A stretch of 64,000 nt of DNA from Candidatus Eiseniibacteriota bacterium (GTDB lineage Bacteria; Eisenbacteria; RBG-16-71-46), in assembly GCA_963744995.1 (NCBI GenBank), contig CAVUWA010000010.1, positions 352,001 through 416,000 of the forward strand, read 5' to 3'. The position numbers were made by a program, and so were the translations under genes. The notes beneath the pieces were generated by a model, which did no database searches, had not been told where the DNA came from, and saw nothing but the letters and a program-made list of their open reading frames with translations. Below, piece by piece: positions 32,229-41,390 of the stretch. The stretch's first letter is position 1. Each line of letters begins with the position of its first letter.

Positions 32229-33299
32229 ATGGACACCAGAACCTTCGACAACGTGAAATCCGAACGCTTCGGCGAGCGGCTCGTCGGCCTCATGAACGGC
32301 GCGGCGATCTCGCTGATGACCTCGATCGGTCATCGCACCGGCCTGTTCGATGCGATGCGCGGGATGCCGCCGGCCTCCGGCGACGAGATCGCCGCACGGG
32401 CGCAGCTCCACCCGCGCTACGTGCGGGAGTGGCTCGACTGCATGGTCACCGGCGCGGTGGTCGAGTACGAGCCGGCGACCGCGCGCTACGCGCTGCCGGA
32501 CGAGCACGCCGCGTGGCTCACGCGGGCCGCGGCGCCGAACAACGTCGCGGTCATGGCGCAGTACTTCCCGCAGCTCGGCGCGGTCGAGGACGAGCTGATC
32601 GGATGCTTCCGCGACGGCGGCGGCGTGCCGTACGCGTCGTTCGAACGCTTCCACGAGATCATGGCCGAGGACAGCGGCCAGACCGTGCTGCCGGCGATCT
32701 TCGACCACATCCTGCCGCTGGTGCCCGGCATCGAGCAGCGTCTCTCGAGGGGCATCGACGTGCTCGACATCGGCTGCGGCCGAGGGCTGGCGCTGATGCT
32801 CATGGCGGACCGCTTCCCGCACAGCCGTTTCACCGGCTACGACCTGTCGGCCGAGGCGATCGACTGGGCGCGCGCCGAGGCGGCACGCAGGGGGCTCGCG
32901 AACCTGCGTTTCGAGGTGCGTGACCTGACCGGCTTCGAGCAGCCGCAGGCGTTCGATCTGGTCACCGCGTTCGACGCGGTCCACGACCAGGCGAAGCCGG
33001 CGAACGTGCTGCGCGGTGTGCGCGGGACGCTGCGCCCGGGCGGCGTGTTCCTCATGCAGGACATCGCCGGATCGAGCCACGTCCACCACAACATGGAGCA
33101 TCCGATCGGCGCGCTGATGTACGCGATCTCGTGCATGCACTGCATGACCGTCTCGCTCGCCCAGGGCGGCGACGGGCTCGGCGCCATGTGGGGCCAGGAG
33201 CGGGCGGAAATCATGCTGCGCGAGGCGGGGTTCGGTGGGGTCGCGATCCATCGTCTGCCGCACGACATCCAGAACTGCTATTACGTGTGCCGGCCGTGA
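32229..33299 (+). CDS. Class I SAM methyltransferase with N-terminal wHTH (Rv2258c-like)
   Basis: SIGHRTGLF, RYVREWL, VLDIGCGRG, FDAVHD, SCMHCMTVSLA, GLGAMWG. Confidence 0.9.
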   Translation: MDTRTFDNVKSERFGERLVGLMNGAAISLMTSIGHRTGLFDAMRGMPPASGDEIAARAQLHPRYVREWLDCMVTGAVVEYEPATARYALPDEHAAWLTRAAAPNNVAVMAQYFPQLGAVEDELIGCFRDGGGVPYASFERFHEIMAEDSGQTVLPAIFDHILPLVPGIEQRLSRGIDVLDIGCGRGLALMLMADRFPHSRFTGYDLSAEAIDWARAEAARRGLANLRFEVRDLTGFEQPQAFDLVTAFDAVHDQAKPANVLRGVRGTLRPGGVFLMQDIAGSSHVHHNMEHPIGALMYAISCMHCMTVSLAQGGDGLGAMWGQERAEIMLREAGFGGVAIHRLPHDIQNCYYVCRP

Positions 33300-33314
33300 G
33301 GCCGGCACGCGGCG

Positions 33315-33950
33315 CTAGCCGTCGCGCCGCACCCCCGGTCCGCCCGGCGGTGCGGCGCGCGCCATCATCCCCTGGAGCCGTGCCCTGACGCCCGGCCACT
33401 CCCCGGCGAGAACGCTGAAGTAGACCGAGTCGCGCAGGCGTCCGTCTGCACACACCATGTGGTGGCGGAGAATCCCCTCCTGCGTCGCGCCGATGCGGAG
33501 AATGGCGGCGCGCGAGCGCCCATTGAGCGCGTCGGTCTTGAGCTCGACGCGGACGCAGTCCCAGCTTTCGAAAGCGTGCCGCAGCATCAGGAACTTGGCT
33601 TCGGTGTTGAGCGCGGTGCGCTGAAACTCGGGCGCCAGCCAGGTCCAGCCGATCTCCACGCGCCGGTGGGCCGCCTGGATCTCACCGAAGCGGGTGCTCC
33701 CGGCGATGCGTCCCGAAGCGCGATGGACGGTCGCGAACGGCAGGGCCGAGCCCGCGGCGCGCGCGGCGAGAGCCGCCTCGACGTAGCGCCGCATGTCGTC
33801 GGAGGTGCGCACGGGCTCCGGCGCGACGCGCCAGATGGCGGGATCGAGCCCGACCGCGGAGAGGCCTTCCAGGTGACCGGGATCGAGCGCCTCGAGGCGG
33901 ACGTGGCGCCCCTCCAGCACCAGGTTCCCGCGGGTGTCGATCGGCGTCAT
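33315..33950 (-). CDS. GNAT acetyltransferase (RimJ/RimL-like)
   Basis: GSTRF, EIGWTW, NTEAK.LML.HAFE, RVELKTD..N.RS..AI.RIGA..EG.LR.H. Confidence 0.9.
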   Translation of the reverse strand: MTPIDTRGNLVLEGRHVRLEALDPGHLEGLSAVGLDPAIWRVAPEPVRTSDDMRRYVEAALAARAAGSALPFATVHRASGRIAGSTRFGEIQAAHRRVEIGWTWLAPEFQRTALNTEAKFLMLRHAFESWDCVRVELKTDALNGRSRAAILRIGATQEGILRHHMVCADGRLRDSVYFSVLAGEWPGVRARLQGMMARAAPPGGPGVRRDG

Positions 33951-34046
33951 GCGGCGCATGATAGCCGCGGGCACGACGTCGCGCCCGTCAAGGCCGGCCG
34001 GCCGCCTGCGCGGGCGCGCCGCAGCCACGGCGGGCCGCCCGTGCCG

Positions 34047-34433
34047 CTAGCCCTCGACCTCGGCGTCGGCCTCGATCTCGATCAGCATCGCCGGATCGAT
34101 CAGCCGCCGGACTTCGACCATCGTCGAGGCCGGCCGGACCTCGCCGAAGTACTCGCCGTGCACCCGGGCGATTTCCTCCCAGCGCGTGATGTCGGTGACG
34201 AACATGCGCGTGCGGACGACGTGCTCGAGATCGGCGCCGAGCGCCCGCAGCGCGGCATGGATCTTCGCCAGCGCCGCGCGGGTCTGCGCCGCGGCGTCGC
34301 CCGGATGCAGCACGGTTCCGTCTTCGCCGGTCGCGGTCGTGCCGGCGACGTGGATGCGATTCCCGGACCGTATCGCGCGCGAATAGCCGGCCACGGGCTC
34401 CCACGGGGCGTTCGTCGAAAACGTCCTACGCAT
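34047..34433 (-). CDS. RidA/YjgF family protein
   Basis: PWEPVAGYSRA, VAGTTA, VVRTRMFVTD, RPASTMVEV, IEIEA; GGAGG RBS. Confidence 0.92.
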   Translation of the reverse strand: MRRTFSTNAPWEPVAGYSRAIRSGNRIHVAGTTATGEDGTVLHPGDAAAQTRAALAKIHAALRALGADLEHVVRTRMFVTDITRWEEIARVHGEYFGEVRPASTMVEVRRLIDPAMLIEIEADAEVEG

Positions 34434-35301
34434 CGGGGCCTCCGTGCGCGAGGCGCGGCGCCGGAGCGACGCGCGCGCCGCGGTCGCGCGCCGCATGAAA
34501 CGCGCTGCTTGCCGCGTACACGAGGACCGTGATCAGGATCACCAGCGGTCCGGTGGGGATCTGCAGGTTCCAGCGATCCGACAGCGCATAGGCCAGCCAC
34601 AGCCCCGACGTGGTGCACAATGCGCCGATCGCGATCGCCAGCAGCATCATGCGCTGCAGGCTGCTGGTCCACTGCCGCGCCATCGCGGCCGGGATCGTCA
34701 GCAGCGCGATCACCAGGATCACCCCGACGACGCGGATCAGCGTCACGACGGCCAGCGCGATCAGCGCCAGCATCAGCTGCAGCACCGGCCCGACCGGGAC
34801 GCCCATCACCTGTGCGAAGTCTTCGTCGAACGCGACGGCGCGGAACTCCTTGAACAGCAGGATCACCGCGGCCACGATCAGCAGATCGAGCGCGAGCGAG
34901 ATCCAGACGAACGTCGCCGGCACGAACAGGATGCTGCCGAACAGATAGCTCATCAGGTCCGGGGCGTACCCGGGCGCGAGCGACACGAACACGATCCCGA
35001 GCGCCATTCCCACCGACCACGCGATCGCGATCAGGGTGTCGAGAGACGAACGGAAGCGCCGGTAGGCGATGCCCATCCCCGCGGCCGAGGCGAGGGCGAA
35101 GCCGGCGGCACCGAGCATCGGATCGAACCCCAGCAGGTAGCCGAGGCCGACGCCGCCGAACGCCGCGTGCGACAGGCCGCCCGAGATCGAAGCCATGCGC
35201 TTCACCACCACGAACGAGCCCACGATCCCGCAGGCGACGCTGGCGAGCAGGCCGGCGATCAGCGCGCGCTGGAAGAACGGCAGGGACAGGGCTTCCATCA
35301 T
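34426..35301 (-). CDS. znuB: Zn/Mn ABC transporter permease
   Basis: SHAAFGG, DLMSYLFGSIL, VGVILVIALL.IPA. Confidence 0.88.
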   Translation of the reverse strand: MMEALSLPFFQRALIAGLLASVACGIVGSFVVVKRMASISGGLSHAAFGGVGLGYLLGFDPMLGAAGFALASAAGMGIAYRRFRSSLDTLIAIAWSVGMALGIVFVSLAPGYAPDLMSYLFGSILFVPATFVWISLALDLLIVAAVILLFKEFRAVAFDEDFAQVMGVPVGPVLQLMLALIALAVVTLIRVVGVILVIALLTIPAAMARQWTSSLQRMMLLAIAIGALCTTSGLWLAYALSDRWNLQIPTGPLVILITVLVYAASSAFHAARDRGARVAPAPRLAHGGPDA

Positions 35302-36107
35302 CGCGGCGCGGTGCCTTCCGGATGGTCTTCCAGCACCACGTGCGAGTGGCGGTGGATCACGAAGTCCACGGGACAGCCGTAGGCCTCCTCCACCATCTCG
35401 CGCGTGATCTCTTTCGAGTGGTGGTAGTGCAACGTGCGGTTGAGGCAGGCGACGCTGCGCACGTACTTCGACATCACGCTGAGGTCGTGCGAGACGAGCA
35501 CGATCGTCATGCGTTCGGAGAGCCGCTTCAGCAGCTCGTAGAAACCGCCCACTACCGACGAATCGAGGCTCGCCGTCGGCTCGTCGAGCAGCAGCAGCCG
35601 CGCGTCCGTCGCGAGACCCCGTGCGATCAGCACGCGCTGCAGCTGGCCGCCGGAAAGCTTGCCGATCTCGCGCCCGGCCAGATGCTCGGCCTGTACTTCG
35701 GCGAGCGCCTGCATCGCGCGCTCGCGGTCCGCGACCGTATGCCGCCGCAACATGCGGCGCGCGCCGAGCCGCCCGAGCTTCACGACGTCGAGCACGCGGA
35801 TCGGGAAACGCGGGTCGAAGGGCGGATACTGCGGCACGTACGCGAACGCTCCGCCGGCCTGCTCGGGCGGCTGCCCGAAGATCCGCACCGTGCCGCGGTC
35901 CGGTTTGATGAGCCCGAGGATCACCTTGAGCAGCACGCTCTTGCCGCCGCCGTTCGGGCCGATGATGCCCACGAACTCGCCCGGTTCGATCGAGAGCGTG
36001 ACGTCCTCGAGCGCCGTCGCGCCGCGGAACGACAGCCAGACGTGGCGGACGTCGATCGCCGGCAGCGTGCCCCCGCCGAACGCCCTCGCGCGTGCCGCTT
36101 CACTCAT
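35298..36107 (-). CDS. znuC: Zn/Mn ABC transporter ATP-binding protein
   Basis: GPNGGGKS, LSGGQ, LLDEP, SHD; His-rich C-terminus YGCPVDFVIHRHSH. Confidence 0.9.
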   Translation of the reverse strand: MSEAARARAFGGGTLPAIDVRHVWLSFRGATALEDVTLSIEPGEFVGIIGPNGGGKSVLLKVILGLIKPDRGTVRIFGQPPEQAGGAFAYVPQYPPFDPRFPIRVLDVVKLGRLGARRMLRRHTVADRERAMQALAEVQAEHLAGREIGKLSGGQLQRVLIARGLATDARLLLLDEPTASLDSSVVGGFYELLKRLSERMTIVLVSHDLSVMSKYVRSVACLNRTLHYHHSKEITREMVEEAYGCPVDFVIHRHSHVVLEDHPEGTAPR

Positions 36108-36957
36108 CGGTGCATCCCTCCCGGATCGCCTGCGCGACGTGCCGCAGATTTTCGTCCCAGTCCGCGGCCAGAGGATCGAGCGTCACCACCTGCGCGCCGA
36201 TCTCGCCCGCCACCAGCCGTGCGCCGCTCGCGCTGGTCTGCGGCTGCACGAATACCCGGCGCACGCCGGCGGCCCGCGCCGTCTCGATGATGCGCGCCAG
36301 ATCCGCAGGCGCGGGCACCTTGCCGTCGTGTTCGATGGCAATCTGCCGGAGTCCGTAGGACTCCGCAAAGTACCCCCATGCCGGGTGGAAGACGAGGAAG
36401 CTTCGGTTCCGGCACGGCGCCAGCGTCCGGCGGATGTCGCGATCGAGGCCGTCGAGCTCCGCCTCGAGCCCCCGCAGCCGCCTGCCGATCTCCTGCGCTT
36501 CGGCCGGCAGGATCTTCGCGAGCGCCCCTGCGGTGTGAATGGCCATCGTGCGCATCGCGTCCACCGACGTCCAGAGATGCGGATCGCCGCTCAGCCGCGC
36601 CACGCCGCGTGCACCATCCACGACGAGGAGGCCGGGGTTTTCGGCCAGGAAGCGGTCGAACCAGACGCGTTCGAAGGCGAAGTGCGGGTGCCCGACCTTG
36701 ACGTAGATCGTGGCGTGCGCCGCCGCGCGCATCTGCCGCATCGTCGGCTCGTAGGTGTGCGGATCCGCGCCGGGCGGCACCATGACCTCGACCTGCACGA
36801 GATCGCCGGCGAGCCGCTCGACCAGCCAGCCCTGCGGCGGCACCGAGACGAGCACCACCGGGCGGGCCGGCGCCTTCGCGCGCGCGCAGGCGGCGAGCGA
36901 CAGGGCGGCCAGCAGAGCGGCGAGCAGCGGGCGCGCGAGGGGTCGGGACGGTGTCAT
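36100..36957 (-). CDS. znuA: Zn/Mn ABC transporter substrate-binding lipoprotein
   Basis: LAAC lipobox; DPHTYEP, DPHLW and FHPAW metal-ligand motifs. Confidence 0.88.
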   Translation of the reverse strand: MTPSRPLARPLLAALLAALSLAACARAKAPARPVVLVSVPPQGWLVERLAGDLVQVEVMVPPGADPHTYEPTMRQMRAAAHATIYVKVGHPHFAFERVWFDRFLAENPGLLVVDGARGVARLSGDPHLWTSVDAMRTMAIHTAGALAKILPAEAQEIGRRLRGLEAELDGLDRDIRRTLAPCRNRSFLVFHPAWGYFAESYGLRQIAIEHDGKVPAPADLARIIETARAAGVRRVFVQPQTSASGARLVAGEIGAQVVTLDPLAADWDENLRHVAQAIREGCTDE

Positions 36958-37067
36958 GGGCGTTTCCGGCGGGCACGGCCCGCGCGGACGCGCAGCCTAG
37001 CCTGCATGGGGGCCGGCGTCCATCGACCCCGCGCGGCGGCCGGACGCCGCGCGGGACCGGCCGGGGC

Positions 37068-37580
37068 TCAGTCGTTTCGATCGAGCGCGAGGCTCATGAA
37101 CGTCTCGTCGGCGTAGCGACCGTGCCAGCCGATCGAGCGCGGTTCCGTGCCCCAGGCCCGAAAGCCTGCGGCCTCGTACAGGCGCCGGGCGAGGACGGCC
37201 TCGGCCGACACGCTCAGCTCGATCTTCGCGACGCCCTCCCATCCGCGCGCCTCCGCGATCAGCGCATCGAGCAGCAGCCGTCCGGCGCCGCGACCGCGCG
37301 CGGCCGGCGCGACGTACATGCCCCAGACGACGGCCTTGTGGCGGTGCTTGCGTCCGGCCTCGCGCACCAGTCCGGCCATGCCCGACAGCGTCCCGCCCTC
37401 GAACGCGCCGAAGACGGCACGGTCCGGGGCCGCTGCGAGCGCCGTCACCACCGCTTCGAGCGTGCGCAGGCGATCGTCCTCGGGCGCCGCGCCGAACGCG
37501 AACGGATGCGCCTCGAGCGCTGCGCGGCGCATGGCGTGCAGCGCCGGGGCGTCGTCCGCCCCGAGCCGCCGGATCGTCAC
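37068..37580 (-). CDS. GNAT acetyltransferase
   Basis: GTG overlaps the metH stop; WGMYVAPAARGRGAG acetyl-CoA motif; A..LY...GF. Confidence 0.88.
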   Translation of the reverse strand: MTIRRLGADDAPALHAMRRAALEAHPFAFGAAPEDDRLRTLEAVVTALAAAPDRAVFGAFEGGTLSGMAGLVREAGRKHRHKAVVWGMYVAPAARGRGAGRLLLDALIAEARGWEGVAKIELSVSAEAVLARRLYEAAGFRAWGTEPRSIGWHGRYADETFMSLALDRND

Positions 37581-40500
37581 ACCTTCACCATGTAGTACAC
37601 GGCGGCGGGGTGATGCACGATCAGGGCGCTGGTCGAAGCCTCGGGCACGAGCTGGTAGGCGGAGGTCAGTGACACGCCGATCGCCTGCTCGGGAGAGAGC
37701 AGCCGGAACAGCTTCGCCTGATCGGCGAGATCCGGGCACGCACTGTAGCCGAACGAGTAGCGCTTGCCGCGCTCGTCGCCGAGGCCCAGCTCCGCGCGGA
37801 TCTTCCGGTGGTGCCACTCCGCCAGTCCCTCGGCCGCCGACACCGCCAGGCCGTGCACGAACAGCGCGCGGCTGTACTCGCCACGCTGATCGAGCGTCTC
37901 CTTCAGCTGGTCCGCGCCGCCGCCCACCGTGACGACCTGGAACGCGATCACGTCGAACCTGCTGCTGCGGACCGGCATGAAGTAGTCGGACAGGCAGAGG
38001 CCCTCGCGCTCGGTCTGGCGCGGAAAGGTGAAGCGCGCCACCTCCTCGATCTTGCCGCGCGGCGTGAGCGCCCCCCCGGCAAAGGCGGACGGATCGTAGA
38101 GCACCAGGTCCTGATCCGCGCTCTGGCACGGGAAGTAGCCATAGACCGCCATCGGCCTGAGCCACCCCCTGGCTTCGGCGTCCCGCTGCAGCTCGAGCCG
38201 CGTCGGCTCGAACTCCTCGCGGATCAGCTTCTCGAACGTCTCTCCCGAGCCGCGTGCTCCCCAGTGCAGGCGATAGAGCGTCTTGAGATCCATGCCCTCG
38301 AACATGCCCTGGAATGGAATCTCGCGGGACGGGGTGGTCTTCGCGCCCCAGAACGGCGGCGCCGGAATCGTCACGTCGCGCGTCACGGTGACCTTGAAGT
38401 CCTGCTGCTTCTCGCGCGACGCCTGCGCCCGCGACTCGAGCTGCGACGACTGCGTCTTGAACTCGAACGCCTCGCGGCGGGCGCGCTCGAGCAGCGTCGC
38501 GCGCTGGCCGCCGTCGGCGAGCGCGTTCACGGTATCGAGCCCCTCGAACGCGTCCTTGCAGTAGAACACGCCGGGCTCGTAGAACACCTCGCCGTCGACC
38601 AGGGCCGCGCGGCGGCCGAAGTTGCGGTTGATCGCCGCGCCGCCGATCAGCACCGGGTACGGAAGGTTCGCGCGATGCAGCTCGTTCACGCAGATCGGCA
38701 TCTGCTTGCTGGTCGAGACCAGCAGCGCCGACAGTCCGATCGCCGTGGCGTCCACTTCCTTCGCCTTGTCGATGATCGTCTGCACCGGCGTCTGCTTGCC
38801 GAGGTCGAACACGGTGTAGCCGTTGTTCGAGAGGATGGTCTTCACCAGGTTCTTGCCGATGTCGTGCACGTCGCCGTACACGGTGGCCAGTACGACGCGG
38901 CCTTTCGATACGTCGGCGTTCTTTTCCAGGTAGTTCTCGAGGCGCGCGACCGCCTTCTTCATGACCTCGGCGCTCTGCAGCACGAACGGCAGGATCAGCT
39001 CGCCGGCGCCGAACTTGTCGCCGACCTCCTTCATCGCCGGCAGCAGCACGGTGTTCAGCACCTTCACGGCGTCCTGGTTCTTCACCGCGGCGTCGATCAG
39101 CGCCTCGATGCCCGCCGGTTTCCGGTGCAGGATCTGGTAGTGGATCTTCTCCTCGACCGTCATCGAGGCCTCTTCGGCCTCCTCTTCCTTCTCGCGGTCG
39201 GCGGCGGTGCGGCCTTCGAAGTGCTCGATGAACGCCTGCAGCGCGTCCGCGCGCCGGTTGAAGATCAGATCCTCGGCGGTCTGGCGGTCGGCCGCGGCGA
39301 TCTCGGCGTACGGTCTGACGTGCGCCGGATTCACGATCGCCATGTCGAGCCCGGCCTGCACGCAGTGGTAGAGGAACACCGAGTTGAGCACGGCGCGCGC
39401 CTCCACGCCGAGCCCGAACGACACGTTCGACACGCCGAGGCTGGTCAGCACGCCGGGCAGCTCCGCCTTGATGCGGCGGATGCCCTCGATCGTCTCGATC
39501 GCCGAATTCAGGAACTCTTCGTCGCCGGTCGCCAGCGTGAACGTGAGGTCGTCGAACACCAGCCGCCCGGGCGGCAGGCCGTATTCCTTCGTCACGATGT
39601 CGTGGATCGTGCGTGCGACCTCGAGCTTGCGCCCGGCGGTCTTCGCCATCCCGGCCGGATCGATCGTCAGCGCGATCACCGCCGCGCCGTACTTCATCAC
39701 CAGCGGCATCACCGCGTCGATCCGCTCGCGCCCGTTCTCCATGTTGATGGAGTTGATGAGCGGCGCTCCGGGGCAGGCCTTGAGCGCCTCCTCGATCACG
39801 TTCGCCTCGGTCGAATCGATCACCAGCGGCGCCTCGACCGACAGCGACAGCTTCTTGACGAGCCGGCGCATCTGCGCGGCCTCGTCGGTGCGCTCGGTGA
39901 GCGCCATGCACACGTCCAGCGAGTGCGCGCCACCCTCGACCTGCGTGCGTGCGACCGGAATCATGGATTCGATGTCGTCGTCGAGCGCCAGCTGCTTCAC
40001 CTTGCGCGAGCCCTGCGTGTTGAGGCGCTCCCCGATCAGGTGCGGTGCGGGCTCCTGCACGAGCGACGTCGCGGTCATCCCGCTCGATAGCGACCAGCCG
40101 CCCCGGGCGGGACGCGGCGCCGGCCGGCGCCCGTGGCCGATGGCCGCAACCAGCGCGCGGATGTGATCCGGTGTCGTGCCGCAGCAGCCGCCGACGATGT
40201 TCACGCCGAACTCGGTGACGAATTCGTGCAGCGTCTCCGCCATCGGCGCGGGCTGCATCGGGTACACGGTGCGGCCGCCGTCGTTGATCGGCAGTCCGGC
40301 GTTGGGGATCACGTGGAACGGCGTCGTCGCGTACTCCGACAGGTAGCGCACCGGGTCGCGCATGAGGTCCGGTCCCGTCGAGCAGTTGAGCCCGACGATG
40401 TCCAGCGCCATCGCCTCGAGCGTGGCCAGCGCGCCCCGGATGTCGGTGCCCAGCAGCATGCGGCCGGTCGGATCGAGCGTCACCGACGCCATCAGCGGCA

Positions 40501-41074
40501 GGCGCTTCCCGATCGCCGCGAACGCCTCGCGGCACGCGAGAACCTGGGCTTTCATCTCGAGGATGTCCTGGCAGGTCTCGAGGATCAGCACGTCGGCGCC
40601 GCCCTCGACCAGCCCGCGCGCCTGCACCTCGAACGCGGGGATCAGCTCCTCGAGACCGTACTTGCCGAGATCCGGATCCTCGGATGACGGCAGCATTCCG
40701 GAGGGGCCCATCGAGCCCGCGACGAAGCGCGGCCGCCCGTCCTGCTTCTCGAAGCGATCCGCCACGCGGCGCGCGATCGAGGCGGCGGCATGATTGATCT
40801 CGTGCGTGCGCTCGCCGAGTTCCCACTCTTCGAGTCTGAGCCGCGCGGCCTGGAACGAGTTGGTCTCGACGACGTCGGCGCCGCTCTCGAAATAGGTCGT
40901 ATGAATCGCCTCGACCACGTCGGGCCGCGTGATCGACAGGTAGTCGTTGCAGCCCTCCCAGCGCTGGCCGCCGAAGTCGTCGGGACCGAGCTCGCGGGCC
41001 TGCAGCTGCGTGCCCATGGCGCCGTCGAAGATGAGCACGTTGTCTTTGAGAACGTCGAGGAACCGGCTGTTCAA
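37577..41074 (-). CDS. metH: Cobalamin-dependent methionine synthase
   Basis: DGAMGT, GLNC, GGCCGT (Zn), IGERLN pterin domain, DVHDIG B12 motif, RYSFGYSACPD activation domain; start probably TTG (MNSRFL). Confidence 0.96.
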   Translation of the reverse strand: MNSRFLDVLKDNVLIFDGAMGTQLQARELGPDDFGGQRWEGCNDYLSITRPDVVEAIHTTYFESGADVVETNSFQAARLRLEEWELGERTHEINHAAASIARRVADRFEKQDGRPRFVAGSMGPSGMLPSSEDPDLGKYGLEELIPAFEVQARGLVEGGADVLILETCQDILEMKAQVLACREAFAAIGKRLPLMASVTLDPTGRMLLGTDIRGALATLEAMALDIVGLNCSTGPDLMRDPVRYLSEYATTPFHVIPNAGLPINDGGRTVYPMQPAPMAETLHEFVTEFGVNIVGGCCGTTPDHIRALVAAIGHGRRPAPRPARGGWSLSSGMTATSLVQEPAPHLIGERLNTQGSRKVKQLALDDDIESMIPVARTQVEGGAHSLDVCMALTERTDEAAQMRRLVKKLSLSVEAPLVIDSTEANVIEEALKACPGAPLINSINMENGRERIDAVMPLVMKYGAAVIALTIDPAGMAKTAGRKLEVARTIHDIVTKEYGLPPGRLVFDDLTFTLATGDEEFLNSAIETIEGIRRIKAELPGVLTSLGVSNVSFGLGVEARAVLNSVFLYHCVQAGLDMAIVNPAHVRPYAEIAAADRQTAEDLIFNRRADALQAFIEHFEGRTAADREKEEEAEEASMTVEEKIHYQILHRKPAGIEALIDAAVKNQDAVKVLNTVLLPAMKEVGDKFGAGELILPFVLQSAEVMKKAVARLENYLEKNADVSKGRVVLATVYGDVHDIGKNLVKTILSNNGYTVFDLGKQTPVQTIIDKAKEVDATAIGLSALLVSTSKQMPICVNELHRANLPYPVLIGGAAINRNFGRRAALVDGEVFYEPGVFYCKDAFEGLDTVNALADGGQRATLLERARREAFEFKTQSSQLESRAQASREKQQDFKVTVTRDVTIPAPPFWGAKTTPSREIPFQGMFEGMDLKTLYRLHWGARGSGETFEKLIREEFEPTRLELQRDAEARGWLRPMAVYGYFPCQSADQDLVLYDPSAFAGGALTPRGKIEEVARFTFPRQTEREGLCLSDYFMPVRSSRFDVIAFQVVTVGGGADQLKETLDQRGEYSRALFVHGLAVSAAEGLAEWHHRKIRAELGLGDERGKRYSFGYSACPDLADQAKLFRLLSPEQAIGVSLTSAYQLVPEASTSALIVHHPAAVYYMVKV

Positions 41075-41128
41075 TGGATTGAAGGCGATGCTCCCGGAGT
41101 GAAGGTTGGAGGTGCGGATGAGGCATGA

Positions 41129-41157
41129 AGGGTAGCCAACGGCCCCACGGGCGGCAA
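41129..41157 (-). promoter_or_regulatory. Sigma70-type promoter for metH
   Basis: TTGCCG-N17-TACCCT. Confidence 0.5.
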
Positions 41158-41326
41158 ACGCGGCGACCGGAGGGCCGGCCCGGAGCCTGAAAGTCCGCCC
41201 GCGGCGCGGGGTTGGAGCGACACCGCGGAGCGGCTGCGGCGCGCCGGTGGCCGGGACGCGCCCGGCACGCCACCCCGGCGTTGACGCGAGCGGCGAGTCG
41301 CGCGAAACTTGCAGACGGATCGGGTT

Positions 41327-41352
41327 GGAACCGCGCCCGGTGGGCCGCCGTA
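41327..41352 (+). promoter_or_regulatory. ECF-sigma-type promoter candidate
   Basis: GGAACC-N16-CGTA upstream of 41391. Confidence 0.35.
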
Positions 41353-41390
41353 CGGCCCCGCATCGCGCGGCAGATGAACGAGGTATTCCG

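Noticed and set aside
41075..41390. SAM, SAH or cobalamin riboswitch upstream of metH
   Set aside because: No recognisable consensus, and the predicted promoter leaves only about 50 nt of leader.
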